From assembly GCA_965237955.1 (NCBI GenBank), contig OZ250169.1:6912001-6976000 (forward strand): a DNA stretch of 64,000 bases, in the 5' to 3' direction. The position numbers and the translations under genes were made by a program. Shown piece by piece: positions 41,547 to 51,219 of the stretch. Source of the DNA: Candidatus Marinacidobacterales bacterium (GTDB taxonomy: Bacteria > Acidobacteriota > Vicinamibacteria > Marinacidobacterales > SMYC01). Numbering within the stretch: position 1 is the stretch's first letter; every line of letters begins with the position of its first letter. The notes under the pieces are model-generated. The model worked only from the letters and a program-made list of their open reading frames with translations. It did not search any database and was not told the DNA's origin.

Positions 41547-42761
41547 TCAATTCTCTGTCGCTGCCGTCGATCGGGCGAGTTTTCTGGACGGGTCGAGCCA
41601 AATCTCCGGGTTGACTGGGGTTCCTTCGACGCGAATCTCGAAATAAAGACGCGGGCCAGAGAGAGAGCCCGTGTCACCGACGAAGGCGACCGGATCGCCC
41701 CCACGCACCCACTCGCCGGGCTTCACGGTGTAGTCCGAGAGGTAGCCGTAGAGGCTGTGGACGTTCCCCGGGTGGCGCAGGATAAGGAGCTTCCCGTAGC
41801 CCTGGAACCACGACGCGTAGGCAACCTCGCCGTCGTAAATGGCGTTGATGATCGTGCCCTCCGACGCTTCGATCTCGATACCGTTACGCACGGTGACGGT
41901 CTTGAAACGGGGATGGAGCTGGGTCCCGAAGCGGCCTTCGAGCTCACCGGCAACGGGCCAGCCGATCTCTCCTTCGAAAACGCGCATGGGAAGGTGAATC
42001 GTGTCGAGCTCAGTCGTCTCACCTGCGACGAGCGTATCCACGAGCACCCCGAGCTTCTCGCGCGCTTCCTCGAGCTCGTAAACGAGCGTGCCCGCCATCT
42101 CCCGACGATTGCTTACTTCCTCGAGCAGCGTTCGGCGGCTCGCGCGTCGGCTCGCGAGCGTGCGCGTCGTCGCCTCGAGCTTTTGACGCGTGGCGAGCGT
42201 GCGCTCGGTTTGCTGGAGCAACGCCGCTTTCGTTTCTTGGAGGGCGGTTTGATCTTCGAGAAAGCGCGTCATCTTCTTCGCGTCTTCACGCGCGAGGCGC
42301 GAGATGTATCGGTAGGCGCGGGTCAGCTCGCTTGGCTGTTCGACCGACAGCAACATCCGCAGGTAGCCGACACGCCCGAGCTTGTAGAGGCTTACCGATC
42401 GGCCTTCGAGATACGGCCTGAGCTCAGCGATGGAGGCTTCGAGCGCTTGGATCCGTTTCAAGTTCTCGTCGATCTCCCGATAGCCGCGCTTCAATTGGAG
42501 TCCGAGGAGCTCGAGCTCGTCGCCGGAGACCCGAATTTGAATGTCGAGACGATGGAGCTCACCGAGAAGCGTCGTTTGTTTCGTGTCGAGCTTCGCTAGC
42601 TCGTCGTCGAGTGCCGCGAGCTTTTCGTTCAAGAGCTCGAGCTTCGCCTCTTCGTCGGCTAGTCGCAGCTCGACGTCGGGCGCCTCGGCGGACGCGATAA
42701 CCGCGCCCGCGAGTAAGGCGGACATGACGACCACGGCGAGGTTTTTGATCTTCAGTCTCAA
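41547..42761 (-). CDS. envC: EnvC-like murein hydrolase activator (coiled coil + degenerate M23)
   Basis: Coiled coil; WPVAG, NGIEI, GYGKLLIL, PRLYFEIR (no Zn ligands). Confidence 0.82.
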   Translation of the reverse strand: MRLKIKNLAVVVMSALLAGAVIASAEAPDVELRLADEEAKLELLNEKLAALDDELAKLDTKQTTLLGELHRLDIQIRVSGDELELLGLQLKRGYREIDENLKRIQALEASIAELRPYLEGRSVSLYKLGRVGYLRMLLSVEQPSELTRAYRYISRLAREDAKKMTRFLEDQTALQETKAALLQQTERTLATRQKLEATTRTLASRRASRRTLLEEVSNRREMAGTLVYELEEAREKLGVLVDTLVAGETTELDTIHLPMRVFEGEIGWPVAGELEGRFGTQLHPRFKTVTVRNGIEIEASEGTIINAIYDGEVAYASWFQGYGKLLILRHPGNVHSLYGYLSDYTVKPGEWVRGGDPVAFVGDTGSLSGPRLYFEIRVEGTPVNPEIWLDPSRKLARSTAATEN

Positions 42762-42795
42762 GGTATTCCTCAGCTTGTCGAGTCTAAGTGTCTTT

Positions 42796-42822
42796 CAGTA
42801 TAGGCAGTATAGGCAGTATGGG
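42796..42822 (+). repeat. 9-bp tandem repeat x3 (CAGTATAGG)
   Basis: Read directly in the intergenic spacer; third copy CAGTATGGG. Confidence 0.8.
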
Positions 42823-42831
42823 GCTGTCCGG

Positions 42832-43896
42832 TTACGTTTGCAAATTCTGTCCCGCGACTCGAATGCGAGCCTGCTGTCCAACTTTTCCCTCGATTTCGAC
42901 TTCGCGGCCGGTGAACGCTCGGATCAGGGCCGCTTGGCCGGGAGCGGCCGCCGGAAGTCGCGGGGTCGTGATCCGGGACTCCCCTTGTGCGAACGCGAGA
43001 AACAGGAGCAACGAGTCGACGAGAATCTCGGGGACGGCGGCGGGCTGGTTCGCGAAGCGCCGGAACGCCCAAGCGGCCTGCTCGCCGACCGACTCGGCCG
43101 ATTTGCCTCGCTCACTCACGGACGCAAACGTTATCGGGACCTCGCCGAAGAGTCCAGTAATGGCGACGACGCTTCCCGCGCCTCGAGCGCGAAGCTTCAG
43201 GAGCTGAACAATCGGCTCGAGCCCGGAAATATGGACGCCGGAGCGTGCGCGTGCCGCCTGACGCTCGCGGACGTGCGCGGGCACAGATGCACCCGCGGAA
43301 ACGATTTGGATGCTCTCGAGCTCTTCCCTGTCGACGAGAGCGAGCGGCCCCCACGCCACGTCGTCCTTGGACGCGAGCCGAGCCGAAACCTCACCGCCGC
43401 CGCGGGGAGCGAATCCCGCGCACTCGAGAGCGAAGCTCACCTCGATGCCGAGCTTCCCAAGAAAATAGCGAAACGTCGAGCCTACGACTTCGAACGTCTC
43501 GCCCCCGGGCGCATGGGTACTGCCGGCAAGAAGCAGGGCGGACTCTCCCCCCGCGTGCGCAAGCGGCATGAGCGCCGCGCGCACGAGCGGCAGCATGGGC
43601 CCATCGGCAGGCACTTCGAACCGATGCTCCCCGGAACGCATCGGCCCCGGTTCGAGCTCGACCGTGTCTTCGCCGACGTCTCCCCCCTCGACGCGCGCCC
43701 CACTGATTTGGGCAAAAAGGCGGACGCTCTCGGCGTCAAAACGAAGCAATCCTGGCGAGGTTGAGCCCGTGCGGCAGAATCCTTCCCATCGAAACGCCAG
43801 CCCGGTTGCGCACGAAAGTGCAAGCGCGGAGCGGAGCGCGGCACCGTGACTCTCGACACTCTCGATCGCGAGATCTCCCGCGCCGATAACAATCAT
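42832..43896 (-). CDS. RNA 3'-terminal phosphate cyclase-like protein, catalytic motifs lost
   Basis: LRSALALS, PGL, GFAPRGGGE, GKSAESVG, AVPEILVDSL; no HxxTN. Confidence 0.8.
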   Translation of the reverse strand: MIVIGAGDLAIESVESHGAALRSALALSCATGLAFRWEGFCRTGSTSPGLLRFDAESVRLFAQISGARVEGGDVGEDTVELEPGPMRSGEHRFEVPADGPMLPLVRAALMPLAHAGGESALLLAGSTHAPGGETFEVVGSTFRYFLGKLGIEVSFALECAGFAPRGGGEVSARLASKDDVAWGPLALVDREELESIQIVSAGASVPAHVRERQAARARSGVHISGLEPIVQLLKLRARGAGSVVAITGLFGEVPITFASVSERGKSAESVGEQAAWAFRRFANQPAAVPEILVDSLLLFLAFAQGESRITTPRLPAAAPGQAALIRAFTGREVEIEGKVGQQARIRVAGQNLQT

Positions 43897-43952
43897 GCGG
43901 TTTGACCGTTTTTCCGAGTGAAGTCTATACTCACACTAACTCTAATATAACT

Positions 43953-44369
43953 ATGCGTTTGATGGGACTCGACGTCGGTGACAAGCGGATTGGTATCGCC
44001 CTGTCTGACGAAGGTTTCGTGATCGCTTCCCCCAAGGAGACGCTCGAGCGCCACGGCAACCGCAAAGACATCGCGCACCTGCTCGATCTCGCCCAACGCG
44101 AGGATGTCTCCGAGATCCTCGTCGGCATGCCGTTGTCGTTGAACGGCTCCGAGGGACCCCAGGCACAAAAAGTCGGCCGGTTCATCGAAGCGCTGAGGGC
44201 AGAGACCGATATCCCCGTCACCACATGGGACGAGCGCCTGACGACGGTCAGCGCGGAGCGAGCGCTCCTCGAGGGCGACGTCTCCCGCGCGAAGCGCAAA
44301 AAAACGATCGATCGGGTCGCGGCCGCTCTCATCCTGCAGGGCTATCTGGATTCGAAACGGGAAAGCTAG
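43953..44369 (+). CDS. ruvX: YqgF/RuvX pre-16S rRNA nuclease
   Basis: GLDVGDKRIGIALSD, VGMP, WDERLTT, DRVAAALILQGYLD. Confidence 0.95.
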   Translation: MRLMGLDVGDKRIGIALSDEGFVIASPKETLERHGNRKDIAHLLDLAQREDVSEILVGMPLSLNGSEGPQAQKVGRFIEALRAETDIPVTTWDERLTTVSAERALLEGDVSRAKRKKTIDRVAAALILQGYLDSKRES

Positions 44370-44374
44370 CCTTC

Positions 44375-45427
44375 ATGCGTGTCGTCAAGGCTATCTTCGT
44401 GCTGCTCACGGTAGCAGCAGCACTTGCGGGCTTCGGCGCTTACCGCGCTTACGAGATGGCGCGCACCCCTTACAAAGGCTACGCCGAAGAGGAGGTCTTT
44501 TTCACCGTCGATCGCGGCGCCACCGGTAGCCGCATCGGTCGAGCCCTCGAAGACGAGGGCATCGTCGAAGACGAGCGTATGTTCGTCGCCTCGCTCCGCT
44601 TGCGCGGCGAGACCGGAAGCCTTCAGGCGGGTGAGTATCGGTTCGCCGAGCCGCTATCGACCCTCGACGTGGTGGAGCGCCTTGTCGAAGGCAACATCTA
44701 TACGTTTGCCGTCACCGTGCCGGAGGGTTTGACGCTCAGCGAGACGGCGGAACACCTCGCGGCCAAGGGGCTCGGCGAGGCGGTGGCACTCGAAGAAGTC
44801 TTTCAGGACGTGACGCTCATCGCCGATATCGATCGCGATGCGACGGACCTCGAGGGGTACCTCTTCCCTACGACGTATCAATTCACGCGGAACCCGTCAC
44901 CGCGTGAGGTCGCCCGGACGATGATCGCTCAGTTCGAAGAGATCTTCGACGACGACAAGCGCTCGAAGAGCGAGGAGTTGGGGTTGACGCCGCGGGAAGT
45001 GGTCACGCTCGCTTCGGTCATCGAGAAAGAGACCGGCGCCGCCGAAGAGCGGCCACTCATCGGCTCCGTCGTCTGGAATCGGCTCGAGCGCGGCATGCCG
45101 CTCGCGATGGATTCCACGGTCATCTACGCGTTGAAACGGGAGGGGCGCTATGACGGGAATTTACGTCGTGTCGATCTCGAGATGGACGACCCTTACAACA
45201 CGTATCGCGTCGCCGGCCCTCCGCCCGGTCCCATCGCGTCACCGGGCGAGGCATCGATCGATGCCGTGCTCGAGCCGGCTGACACGCGCTATCTCTACTT
45301 CGTTTCGAAAAACGACGGCTCGCATCATTTTTCGGCGACGTATCGCGAGCACGTAAACGCGGTTCGCAAGTACCAAGTCGAGTACTTTCGGAAGCGGCGC
45401 CGCCGCCGAAACGGCGCCGGTTCGTGA
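44375..45427 (+). CDS. mltG: Endolytic transglycosylase
   Basis: LEGYLFPTTY, LASVIEKET, PYNTY, GPIASPG, YLYFVS. Confidence 0.95.
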   Translation: MRVVKAIFVLLTVAAALAGFGAYRAYEMARTPYKGYAEEEVFFTVDRGATGSRIGRALEDEGIVEDERMFVASLRLRGETGSLQAGEYRFAEPLSTLDVVERLVEGNIYTFAVTVPEGLTLSETAEHLAAKGLGEAVALEEVFQDVTLIADIDRDATDLEGYLFPTTYQFTRNPSPREVARTMIAQFEEIFDDDKRSKSEELGLTPREVVTLASVIEKETGAAEERPLIGSVVWNRLERGMPLAMDSTVIYALKREGRYDGNLRRVDLEMDDPYNTYRVAGPPPGPIASPGEASIDAVLEPADTRYLYFVSKNDGSHHFSATYREHVNAVRKYQVEYFRKRRRRRNGAGS

Positions 45428-47514
45428 TACCGAGACGAGCCTGGTCGGCTTGTCTCCTGATTCTCGTCTACCTCGCGCTCACGGTCCTGTTCACCTATCC
45501 GCTCGCATGGCATTTCGGGACGCACCACGTCGGCGAAGCCGGCGGTGATGCGAAGGTATATCTGTGGAACTACTGGTGGGTAAAAAAGGCGCTCTTCGAG
45601 CTCGGCACGAGCCCGTTCGAGACCAATCTCATCTTCCACCCGATCGGCATCGGGTTGTCGCTCCATACTCTTTCCGCCGCACAAGGGGTCGTGTTCGCAC
45701 CGCTCAGCGAGGTGGCCGGCACGACGGCCGCCGCGAACTTGATCCTGGTGTGGACGTTTCTCGCATCCGCGCTCGCCACCTACGCGCTCGCCCGCAAGAT
45801 CGGCGCGAGCGTTGGCGGTGCTTTCCTCGCAGGACTCGTGTACGCGTTTTGTCCGTACCGATTGGCACGCTTATCGGGCCACTACGACCTCCTCGGGACG
45901 GAGTGGAACCCACTGTACGTTTTGTTGCTGGTAAGTCTCGTAGAGCGCTCGCGCTCGAGCGCAGGGCTCTCAGTGCTCGCGGGCGTCGTTCTCGCGGCGT
46001 GCGGCTATACCGCTTTGTCGTATCTCGCCTTCCTGGCGCTGTTCACGCTCGTTGTGCTCGTGTTCCACGGGTCGCGGTTCAAAGAGCTAGCCCCACGTTT
46101 TTTGGTGGTCGCCGGTGTCGTCGTCGTTTTGATGGCGCCCCTGCTGCTTCAAATGCGTCTCGATCTTTCCGAGTGGAGCTATCCGCCTTACCCGGGGGCG
46201 GACCGCTACGGCGCTGACGTCGCCGCGTTCGTCGTGCCGCCTCCTCAGAGCTCGCTCGTTCCCGGACACGCCTTCGGTGACAACCTCACCGAGGCAACGG
46301 TGTTTCCCGGCTACGTACTGCTCGTCCTCGCGGCGCTCGGGTGGCGCCAACGCTTGTGGGCAGTGACGGCTTGCGTCTTTTTCGTGCTCAGCCTCGGCAG
46401 CTCGCTTCATATAGGAGGCACGGATACCGGTGTCCCGCTTCCTTTCTGGCTCATCAGTCAGACGCCTCTGTTCGACAACTTGCGCGCGCCGTCTCGTTTC
46501 ACCATCGTCATGATGCTCGCGCTCGCGATGATGATGGCGCTTTCGTGGAAGCCGCGACGCCGTTTCATGACGGCGGTCGTTGCCTTGGTCATCATTGCCG
46601 AGTACCTCGCCACACCGATACCGCTCTTCCAAAACGAAGTCCACGACGTTTACGCTCGGATCGCTTCTGACCGATCGCAACTTCTACCTGCCGGGGCGGT
46701 CGTCGAGATACCGGGGATCGAGCAATCTCCGCCCGAGATCATGGACCACCAGCGCGTTCACGAAAAGCCGATCTTCGTGGGGACGGCGGCACGCGTGCCC
46801 GTCGAGAAGAGCGAGTACTGGCTCGGGCTACCGTTCGTGCGTCCTTTGATCGATCTGCGGAAAGGCCGGATCGAGCTTACGCCCGAGCTCGTCGAGCGCG
46901 AGCGAGCCACCGCGCCCGAAGTGGCCCGCTTTCTTGGTATCGGCTACTTCGTCATCGACAAGGCATACGCGAAACGCGGTGTAGTTCGCTTCGTTCGAGA
47001 CGTTCTGCCCGTCGATACCGCCTTCGAGGATGAGGACGTGATCTTGTTGCGCGCTCGCCAGGAGGAGCTTCCGCGAGATCCGGTGCGGATCGACGCCCGT
47101 GGCCCGGCGTCGCGGCAATACTTCGAGAGCGGGTGGTTGCGCCCCGAGCTCGAAGACGAAACTGGTTTTCGCTGGGCGCACCGCGAGCGCTCGACGATCC
47201 TGTTCCGGCGTCCTGAGTCGATGGAGGCCATCGAGCTGAGCGTCGCGCCGCTCGAGGGCGGCGCTCGGAGCGTCTCGGGAGCGCTCGATGGTCGACCTCT
47301 CGGGACGATCGAGCTGGCGTCGGGCTGGCAGGAGATTCGCTGGGCTTTACCACCTGGCCCACCCGGCCCCCCCGGAGCAGGAAGCGTCGAACGATTGACG
47401 CTACATTGGTCCGGGTTGGGCCGGGCGTCAGAGCGTGACCCCAGACGGCTCGCCGCCCGAATCCGGCATGTGCGGTTTGTTGAACATGTTGAACGGGGAA
47501 TCGTCGAGCGCTAA
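45424..47514 (+). CDS. Multi-TM GT-C/YfhO-like membrane protein
   Basis: GGDAKVYLWNYWW, FHPIG, AGLVYAFCPYR, RAPSRF; many TM helices. Confidence 0.72.
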   Translation: MIPRRAWSACLLILVYLALTVLFTYPLAWHFGTHHVGEAGGDAKVYLWNYWWVKKALFELGTSPFETNLIFHPIGIGLSLHTLSAAQGVVFAPLSEVAGTTAAANLILVWTFLASALATYALARKIGASVGGAFLAGLVYAFCPYRLARLSGHYDLLGTEWNPLYVLLLVSLVERSRSSAGLSVLAGVVLAACGYTALSYLAFLALFTLVVLVFHGSRFKELAPRFLVVAGVVVVLMAPLLLQMRLDLSEWSYPPYPGADRYGADVAAFVVPPPQSSLVPGHAFGDNLTEATVFPGYVLLVLAALGWRQRLWAVTACVFFVLSLGSSLHIGGTDTGVPLPFWLISQTPLFDNLRAPSRFTIVMMLALAMMMALSWKPRRRFMTAVVALVIIAEYLATPIPLFQNEVHDVYARIASDRSQLLPAGAVVEIPGIEQSPPEIMDHQRVHEKPIFVGTAARVPVEKSEYWLGLPFVRPLIDLRKGRIELTPELVERERATAPEVARFLGIGYFVIDKAYAKRGVVRFVRDVLPVDTAFEDEDVILLRARQEELPRDPVRIDARGPASRQYFESGWLRPELEDETGFRWAHRERSTILFRRPESMEAIELSVAPLEGGARSVSGALDGRPLGTIELASGWQEIRWALPPGPPGPPGAGSVERLTLHWSGLGRASERDPRRLAARIRHVRFVEHVERGIVER

Positions 47515-47524
47515 CATCGAGGTG

Positions 47525-48304
47525 ATGTCGGCCAAGATTCTGCTCGCGCTACTGAGCTTGCTGGTCTTGCTGGTCGGGGCTCCCGTGAGCGCGCAAGACC
47601 CGAGCGCCGAGCTCCGTCGCCAGGTTCGGCGCGGTGCCTTCCAGGACGCCGAGACGCTTCTCGCGAACCAGGACGTCGACCCCAACGCTCAGGATGGGCG
47701 CGGATTCACCGCGCTGATGTTCGCAGCCGAAGGCGACGTTCCCGAGATCGTGACGCTTCTGATCAAAGCGGAAGTGGATCTAAATCTGCAGAACAACGAC
47801 GGCGAGACGGCACTGATCGTCGCGGTCAGACGGGGACGCGTGGCAGGGGCACGATTGCTGTTGATGGCGGGGGCCGACGTATCGATTCGAGATACAGAAG
47901 GCTTCGCCGCACTCGATTGGGCGCGCAAGCGCGGTCGAACCTACTTGGTACTGATCATCGGGATCGCCAGTCGTCCTAGCGTCGCCAACGTCATCCTCTC
48001 CGAGAAACCGGTGACGATGGCCACGGAGCATCTCGAGCCGCCGCGAGTCGTCGAAGACACGCCTCCACTCTATACGAAAGGCGCGTTCGATCGCGGTATC
48101 GAAGGACGCGTGATCTTGCGGGTCATCATCCGCAAGGACGGCTCCGTCGGCGCGATCCGGATCCACCAGAGCCTAGACGGAGACCTCGATCGCGCCGCGA
48201 TCGCCGCGGTGCAAATCTGGAAGTTCGAGCCCGCCACCATCGACGGCGATCCCATCAACGTTCTCGCCGACATCGAAGTGGACTTCCAGATTGAGAAGAT
48301 CTAG
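47525..48304 (+). CDS. Secreted ankyrin-repeat + TonB C-terminal domain protein
   Basis: GFTALMFAA, GETALIVA; PLYT..A...IEGRVIL...WKFEPA. Confidence 0.85.
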   Translation: MSAKILLALLSLLVLLVGAPVSAQDPSAELRRQVRRGAFQDAETLLANQDVDPNAQDGRGFTALMFAAEGDVPEIVTLLIKAEVDLNLQNNDGETALIVAVRRGRVAGARLLLMAGADVSIRDTEGFAALDWARKRGRTYLVLIIGIASRPSVANVILSEKPVTMATEHLEPPRVVEDTPPLYTKGAFDRGIEGRVILRVIIRKDGSVGAIRIHQSLDGDLDRAAIAAVQIWKFEPATIDGDPINVLADIEVDFQIEKI

Positions 48305-48315
48305 TTTTCGGCTGA

Positions 48316-48957
48316 TCAAACCCCAATCAGATTTCTCACCAACTTCCGATAGCCCTTTTCCTTTGCCCACACATCCAGCGGAAGCGCTGCGATTTCGTCG
48401 ACGTCGAGTACCGCGTCGGGAGCTTTCGCCATCCGGATCACGTTGAGATATACGTGACATCCGTCGCATGCGCGCACTTCCAGGTGCTCGAGCTCGGGAG
48501 CGTGATAGTGGACGAGCTTGGCATCGCCGGTCTCGTGACAGGACGGACAGCGCGCTCTCGGGTAGCGCCACTCACCGAAACAAAGAGAGCACGAAAGCGT
48601 GAACGCTGTGCCATCGCCTTCGGGAACGAGACAACCGACTTGAGGTGCGTGAGAGCAGCGGGGGCAGTGCCCGGCGTTATCCTCGAGAGAATCGTTTACG
48701 AGTGCTGTTTCTGCCTGCAACAGCACTCGCCCGAAAAAGCTCTTGGGTGAGGACCGGTCTTGGCCGGACCGGTAGGCGTCGACGGCTTCGCGACACGCGT
48801 CCTCGTCGAGGTCACGGGCGAGCTCTCGCAGAAGGCCGGGTCCGCGCGCGATGACTAGATCGAGGAGCTTCTTGGAAGTTGCGTCCCTTTGAAAAAACGC
48901 AACCGCCCCATAGAAGGTGAGAGCTTCAGCGGATTCGGGAAAGCGATCCGCGAGCAC
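48316..48957 (-). CDS. fdhE: Formate dehydrogenase accessory protein (true start may be further upstream)
   Basis: CPRC, CSLC..EW, CPSC, CDGC, DEIAALPLD. Confidence 0.88.
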   Translation of the reverse strand: MLADRFPESAEALTFYGAVAFFQRDATSKKLLDLVIARGPGLLRELARDLDEDACREAVDAYRSGQDRSSPKSFFGRVLLQAETALVNDSLEDNAGHCPRCSHAPQVGCLVPEGDGTAFTLSCSLCFGEWRYPRARCPSCHETGDAKLVHYHAPELEHLEVRACDGCHVYLNVIRMAKAPDAVLDVDEIAALPLDVWAKEKGYRKLVRNLIGV

Positions 48958-49098
48958 GCGAGCGCGCTCCGCCCGCCGATCGCAAAGAGCCTCGAAGGCT
49001 CTTAATCTAGAAGACGTTGCTAGCCACTGTGAGAAGCGCCGGTCGGGAAACGGGGCCGCCCCGGGCCGCCATATGTCGCGGCCCGACGGAATCAGTCT

Positions 49099-49698
49099 TC
49101 AGGAGCCCGCCTCGGGTGTGGTACCGTTCAAGATGGCGACGATGTCCTCGCGGTCTCGGCCCTGGGCGATGCCCGTAGCATCGTGCCCGAAGAAATCCGT
49201 GGCGTTGACGTCGGCGCCTGCAGCCATGAGAGCGGTCACTGCTTCGATGTTGCCGCCAATGACAGCACGAATGAGGGGCGTCCAGCCCAAGCTGTCGGCG
49301 GCGTTGACGTCGGCCCCCGCCTCGATCAAGGCGGTGACGATATCGTCGTGGTCGAACTGGGCGGCGTACATGAGCGCCGTTGCACTTGGTCTGTCCGTGG
49401 CTTCCACGTCAGCTCCGGCTCCGATGAGGGCGGCGACGATGTTTTCCAAACCATGAATCGAGGCATAGATCAGGACCGGCGTGCCCTTCTTGGTCGTTTC
49501 GTTCGCGTCGGCGCCGTCGCCCAAAAGGCTACGGACTTCACGCGTCTTGCCGTCCTGGATTGCGATGAGAAGTGGGGACCGCGTGTCTTCCTGCTCGGCG
49601 GTTTCTTCCGGCTCAGCGGCTTCCTCCTGCACCAGTGCGGAGAACGGGATCACGATCATGAGACATGCTGCTAACAATAGAATCTTTGGGCTTCGCAA
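49099..49698 (-). CDS. Secreted ankyrin repeat protein
   Basis: Signal-like N-terminus; repeated GADVNA/TPL motifs. Confidence 0.85.
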   Translation of the reverse strand: MRSPKILLLAACLMIVIPFSALVQEEAAEPEETAEQEDTRSPLLIAIQDGKTREVRSLLGDGADANETTKKGTPVLIYASIHGLENIVAALIGAGADVEATDRPSATALMYAAQFDHDDIVTALIEAGADVNAADSLGWTPLIRAVIGGNIEAVTALMAAGADVNATDFFGHDATGIAQGRDREDIVAILNGTTPEAGS

Positions 49699-49801
49699 AG
49701 CTATTTACCTCCCTTTGCGCAAAAATCGTCAGGGTCGTTCAAAGCGGGCCGTATGATGCCACAGACCGGCCCATTGGTCCAATTGGCCATCGGCCATCAG
49801 A

Positions 49802-50413
49802 TCAGCTCTTGGTGACGTCGCGATACCACTTCGGATGGTGGGAGCGAGCCCAGCCGGGTGGGACCCAGCCCTGGATCATGCCGCGGAAGGCACCCGGCAC
49901 CGCGGCGGTACCCATATAGATGTGGACGATGATGGATACTATCGAGAGGGTGGCGACGGCAGGATGAACGAGGATGGCCGCGAGGCGGAGAGTGCGGGGC
50001 ATGAGCTCGGGAAACCACAACACGGCGCCGCTCGCAAACAGAAAGACCGTCGCCGTCGATTGGACCCAGAACAACATTTTCTGGCCGGCGTTGAATCGCC
50101 CGGCCTCGGGGAGACCCTCTTCATCGTGCACGGCGTACTTGTGTGCGTTTTTGAGCCAGGTCTTGTCGTCCGCGTCGAGCTTCATGTCGCGCGCCCAGTT
50201 GCGGAACATGAAGCCGAGCACGACGGCGAAAAAGACGCCGCCCCACGGATGCCAGCGTCGGATGGTCTCACCGCCACCGAAGACACTGGACAACCAATAA
50301 AGATGTGGGGTCCATAAAGCGAGTCCGGTGAGTGTCGCGTAGAGAAAGCTCAGCGCCGCCATCCAGTGCGTCGCTCTCTCGGGAAACGAAAAGCGTTCGA
50401 GGCGCTCGGTCAC
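49802..50413 (-). CDS. fdnI: Formate dehydrogenase cytochrome b gamma subunit
   Basis: ERATHW, HPWGG, GRFNAGQK, HIYM, WARSHHPKW. Confidence 0.93.
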   Translation of the reverse strand: MTERLERFSFPERATHWMAALSFLYATLTGLALWTPHLYWLSSVFGGGETIRRWHPWGGVFFAVVLGFMFRNWARDMKLDADDKTWLKNAHKYAVHDEEGLPEAGRFNAGQKMLFWVQSTATVFLFASGAVLWFPELMPRTLRLAAILVHPAVATLSIVSIIVHIYMGTAAVPGAFRGMIQGWVPPGWARSHHPKWYRDVTKS

Positions 50414-51219
50414 GACGTTTCCCCGGCCTCGGCTTCGTCAGACGGCGAACGCCGTGGGCCGAAGCGGACATAGTGCAAAAACACCCCTAGGATACCGCCG
50501 ACGAAGACAGCGTTACCGAGCCACTTGAGCGGACCTTGCCAGAGGCGAACCGTCCAGGGGACGGTGGGATCTTTCGGAAGGCCGTAGTCTTCCGGGTGGG
50601 CGGCGTCTTCGAGAACGTAGATCACGTTCGTCCCGCCCACACCGGCCGGGTTGTAGACGCCTGCAGCGGCTTTGCCGTCTTCTCTCAACGTTTCCGCGCG
50701 TTCGTTCGCGATTTGGACGAGATCGTCGCGCGCCCCGAAAGTGAGGCAGTTGGTGGGACACGCTTTGATGCATGCCGGCTCGAGACCGACGGCCGTGCGG
50801 TCCGAGCAGAGGTTGCACTTGTAGACTTTCTCGGTAATCGGACTCAGGCGGGGCACGTCAAAAGGACAGCCGGTGATGCAATAACCACACCCAATGCACT
50901 TGTCGTGGTCGAAGTCGACCGTACCGTTCTCGTGACGGAAGATGGCGCCCGGAGCGGGACAAGCGGTAATGCACCCCGCGTCGACGCAGTGCATGCACTG
51001 GAACTTCGCCATGTGCCACGACAGCCCGCCGTCGGCCTGCTCGATCTCGTTGAACTTGATCACGTTCCAGAAATCATGTCGGAGATCGGGAAACGTCTGG
51101 TAGGTGCCGTCATAGGTCGCGACGGGAAAGGGTTGGTCTTGCCACTCCTGGCAGGCGGCTTCGCATGCCTTACAGCCGATGCAGGTCGTGGTGTCGATCA
51201 ACTTGGCGACGGTAACCAC
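50410..51219 (-). CDS. fdnH: Formate dehydrogenase Fe-S beta subunit
   Basis: CIGCKAC, CMHC, CIGCGYC, KCNLC; C-terminal TM. Confidence 0.95.
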   Translation of the reverse strand: MVTVAKLIDTTTCIGCKACEAACQEWQDQPFPVATYDGTYQTFPDLRHDFWNVIKFNEIEQADGGLSWHMAKFQCMHCVDAGCITACPAPGAIFRHENGTVDFDHDKCIGCGYCITGCPFDVPRLSPITEKVYKCNLCSDRTAVGLEPACIKACPTNCLTFGARDDLVQIANERAETLREDGKAAAGVYNPAGVGGTNVIYVLEDAAHPEDYGLPKDPTVPWTVRLWQGPLKWLGNAVFVGGILGVFLHYVRFGPRRSPSDEAEAGETS

